Assembly: GCF_009914755.1 (NCBI RefSeq)
Contig: NC_060932.1
Source: the human T2T-CHM13v2.0 reference genome, Homo sapiens
DNA length: 64,000 bases
Direction: 5' to 3' (one strand)
Shown: positions 59,966-64,000 of the stretch, piece after piece
Numbering within the stretch: position 1 is the first letter of the stretch
Layout of the letters: each line of letters starts with the position of its first letter
Position numbers and translations under genes: made by a program
Notes under the pieces: model-generated
Seen by the model: only the letters and a program-made list of their open reading frames with translations
What the model was told of the DNA's origin: nothing
The model's database searches: none

Positions 59966-62900
59966 ACACATACAAGCATTATGCTTTAAGCATACCTTTA
60001 TTCATGAAATATGAAGGACAGCCATTGTTACAGAAACTAGAACTTAGATTGAAAACAGTTTCACTTTTGTGAAATGCAAAAGAAAATTAATAAATTCTGG
60101 GCCATGTTTAGGCCCAGGAGAGGAGAGGAAAGGAACAGTCCCTGCTTGTCTGAGCTAATGAGCAATTTGCAAAATGTGTAGAAATGGCATACGTTGGTTA
60201 TGTATATACATGTACATACAAACATATATACATACATACACTCACGTAAATGAATGGAATCATTTTCAGCACTACCATGTAGTGAGACATCACTAGTTGT
60301 CTTTATTTTCATTAAAGCAATATCATATTTTATAAGTGGGATTAAAACACCAACAATGTTGTCAAGAAATTCCATGAGTTTCTTACATAGTGGAGAATAA
60401 ATATAATTGGTTATATGTTAATTTTATATTAAAAAACTGAAAAAAAAATGAAGCAATAGAGTACCTAGGAGAATGCTGTAAATGTCAGCCTTATAATTAT
60501 TTACTTTAGTAGGAGGAAAATAAGACACTGATAACTTATGATTAATTTTTATTGCCAACTTATTTTTATTACTATGTTGGAGTTCTCTCAATTCACATAC
60601 ATACTCAGTTAACATAAACATAATGATGTATGTGAGACTATGGAATGTCATGTTTGACATATATGAGGCATTCAGAGATCATTAAATTTTTTCTTTCTCT
60701 CTTAATTTCAGAAGAGATTGAATAATTCAATAGACATTAGATTTTAAAGATATTGAAAACTGAATACACTTTTGGCACTTATATACAAGTGTATAACTCA
60801 ATATCTATGTTAATGTGCATATGCACAAAACTTATACAAAGCGCCTCATATTTATTTTTACAACATGAGAAAATGTATTAATGGTGACCCTAAAACTCCC
60901 TTATATAAGAAACTGTCTTTTAAAGAGTTTATTACATCAATGACACATTTAAAAATATATGAATACATCTCTCCTCTCTTTCTTTCCTATTCTCTCCTTT
61001 TGACTGCATTCTAAAAGATCTTTAAGGATTACATTACATAACTCTGGTGGTGACTTCCTCCATTTTAAAGATACATATTTCTCACACACAAACTAAGTTG
61101 AAATTTGAGGAAGGAAATCAGGGTCCTTTCTAGAACATAAAGGAACACATTGTAGATCACATTCCCTCATGCATGTTTTATTACTTATTTCTAGCTGCAG
61201 GTAGCTTTCTTCTTTCATATAGTGTAGCCACATAGATTACACGCACAAAATATAAAAATAGATATTTGATTCCTAGATTATAAATAAAGTTGACTCACTT
61301 GGGTTTATACAGACCCAGACATAGAAACTTTGCTAATTTTGAGCAAATTTTGGGTGGTAGCTGCACATTTATATCCATAAATTTTATTCCATTTGGAATT
61401 TGACTAACATTGGCTACTTTATAAATATATATGCATGCATTTATAGTTAATACACACACAAACATACATTTATAATATGTATAGGCATATACACATATAT
61501 TCCTTAGCTTTTCAAAAAAAGTAGCTTCAAGGTCCTCTAGTTTAATATATTTAAAAAATTCAGAGGCTAATGCTCTTATCTTTTAAAATGTCAACTTGAA
61601 AAAAATGGAAGTCATACTTCTCTCCCAAGATAAGGAGTTATATCTGACTTAGATAATTTTTTCTGTAAATAAAATAAATATAAAAATATAATGGCAGAAT
61701 CAGTAAATTAATGACACTTAAGGACCCAGCAGTAGGATTTAACGAAGAATTAATTTATGCATAATTTTAAAACACGTGCAGATACTACATGCTTCAAAAT
61801 GTTTGTACTCTCTGAAAGAAATGTTAGGTGGCTAGATCTGACATAGGCCATCCTCTTTCCACCAATTGTCTACAATTTATTTGATCTATAATTTTATTTA
61901 AAAGTCCACAATTTTATTTAATTAACTTGTGTACATATACACACATACACAAAATGTGTGTGTGAATACAGACATATAATTTTTATTTATATTTGTATTT
62001 TTTAAAATTTATTTTTTAAATGCATTCCAAATGAAAGCAGTAATTCAAAAATAAACAGAATGGACTGATTAGTATCAAACTAACATTGAACTCAATTCAC
62101 ATTAAAAACATTTAGGTACAGAAAAGTGTGCCTGCTATATAAAAGTAATAACTTTTAAAGAAGTAGAAAATCACCATTAGCAGAGGTTTAGTTAGTCAAT
62201 CTAGTGCAGGATAAAAATGTAGTGCAGGATAAAAAAATAGATTTGTGTAAGTTTACAAATTTCAGAAAATGACCAAATTACTCCACTTATCTCATTAACT
62301 TGACCTCTTTCAGGATTTGACCTTCCTAATAGATTTGTTTTATAAGATATGACATTGTGAACAGCTGTGCTATTCTTTCTTGAACTTGACTTTTTTTTTT
62401 TCTTAATGATGAAAATAGGCTGAATTTACTAACGCATGTGTATTCTTTGGTAAAAGTGGGGGAAGGGAGGAATCAGAAATGGAAAAATAATGTGAGTTCC
62501 TATCTGAGCAAGTCATTTTGAAACTCAGAGAAGACACTCAAGTATTACAAACATTTGTGGCCAGTTAAGAAGTGATATAGAAAGAATTTGAAAATATCAC
62601 CATAAAGTTTGTTAATATAAAGAGGTACGATTATTCAAATGGGAAAGCAATCGGGATCAGAATATTTGAATGTTCTGATTTTTAAACTCCCAATCACAGA
62701 GTGGATGCCATTATATACCCATTGGAAACTGCAAAATGTTCGGCCTGTTAGTAAGGCCCTTTCCAGGTTTTTACTTTTGAAAAAAAACATAAATCAGGAT
62801 TAAGATAGTCAATTTCAAGGGAAAAATTCTCTAAGTTTCTTACAGAACACAAAAACTTGCAGGCATATTGGGAATTTTAATATATCCTAAAAATATCTTT

Positions 62901-64000
62901 AGATAAATAGATAATATTTAGTATTGCAACTAAATAATATTTAGTTTGATTTAATCTGAATTATGGTTTTATTCAGAATTCTCTCTTAATGGTAAAAGCA
63001 GTACTGAATTTATAAATGAAGTACAAAGGGAGAAAACAAATGTTTAAGTCATGATTTCTACCGCTACTCAATTCAGTATCAAGTTTAATCTTGTAGAGGT
63101 AGTTATGTTTAATTGTTATTATCCTACTTTGGCTCCACAAGGCTTCTTGACTTATAATGCAAGAAAGTACTTCAGACAAGTAATAAATTGTAGCACAGTA
63201 CTAAACGTACATATGAAAGCCATTGTTAATTTCAATTACACTCTTAATACATTAATTATCTGTTTATCTGATGACTGCTTCTGATGGGTCCACCATTTTC
63301 CAACATCTCAAATACACTGTTCTTTTTACAAGAGGTGGAGGCATTTGCCGGGGAAAAATCAGACAACTTTGTTTCCAGTGTCTCTGGGATAATTGTTACC
63401 TTTCTCCTTTTCAACTTTAAAAGAAAGCAGTGTCTATTTTGCTCAGGGCAGCTGTTTAAAGCGCCTGCTGTCAGAATCTTTTCACCCTGAGTAGATTTAG
63501 GATTATTTAAAAATGATTATTGTATCACACTAAGCTTTCTACTGCTGTTAATAAGTGAATATGCAAAAGGCCCATACGCTGCATGATAATTAAGCCCAGG
63601 GATATCCATTCAGACTTACCTTTGTGTGTATGTATATACATAAACATGTATTTTACATAGGTGATTACAAATGGTTTGACTTAATACAAAAGTTAGACAA
63701 ATATTTTACGTAGAATGTAACATCTATTGGTAGTCTGAGATATAATAACAATTATTAAAATACTTGGCCTTATATTTATAGATCTGAAATTCATATTTCA
63801 AAACAAATACATTCTGAAAACTATATTCATTTAAAACAGAGAGACTTCTGGAAGTTGATCCATGCTATTAACTTTATTGTGCTATGCAATATGTTATTGT
63901 AACATAATCCCTGAATATTAGCAAAGAGGTTTTACTTTAATAGTCTAACAGCATCATTCATACCAAATTACTGTAACAACAGCAATATCCTTACATTTTA

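Overview
This is primate (human-like) genomic DNA containing the 3' end of TRPS1 on the minus strand. The gene portion comprises a 123-nt GATA zinc-finger exon (47829-47951, missed by the ORF track), the last coding exon (44583->43522; NLS, CtBP-type motif, Ikaros-like zinc fingers) and a ~5.5-kb 3'UTR ending near 37992. Intron sequence fills 47952-64000. The downstream intergenic half (1-35.3 kb) is packed with nested transposons: L1PA, L1M, L2, Alu, MIR, MaLR/ERV LTRs and MER DNA transposons. Apart from TRPS1 and decayed L1 reading frames, the listed ORFs look spurious. No prokaryote-type system (CRISPR etc.) is present, and I cannot claim a new biological system. The best second-look signals are: (i) a ~230-bp-arm near-perfect palindrome lying inside the target-site duplication of an L1 insertion (27792-28732); (ii) a MER41-type LTR keeping tandem STAT/GAS motifs, interrupted by a twin-primed L1; (iii) a ~70-bp copy of nearby unique DNA inside an LTR; (iv) a possible spliced plus-strand transcript converging on the TRPS1 poly(A) site; (v) a perfect minisatellite built from hairpin units. 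Repeat subfamily names come from recalled consensus sequences, and old-repeat boundaries are approximate.
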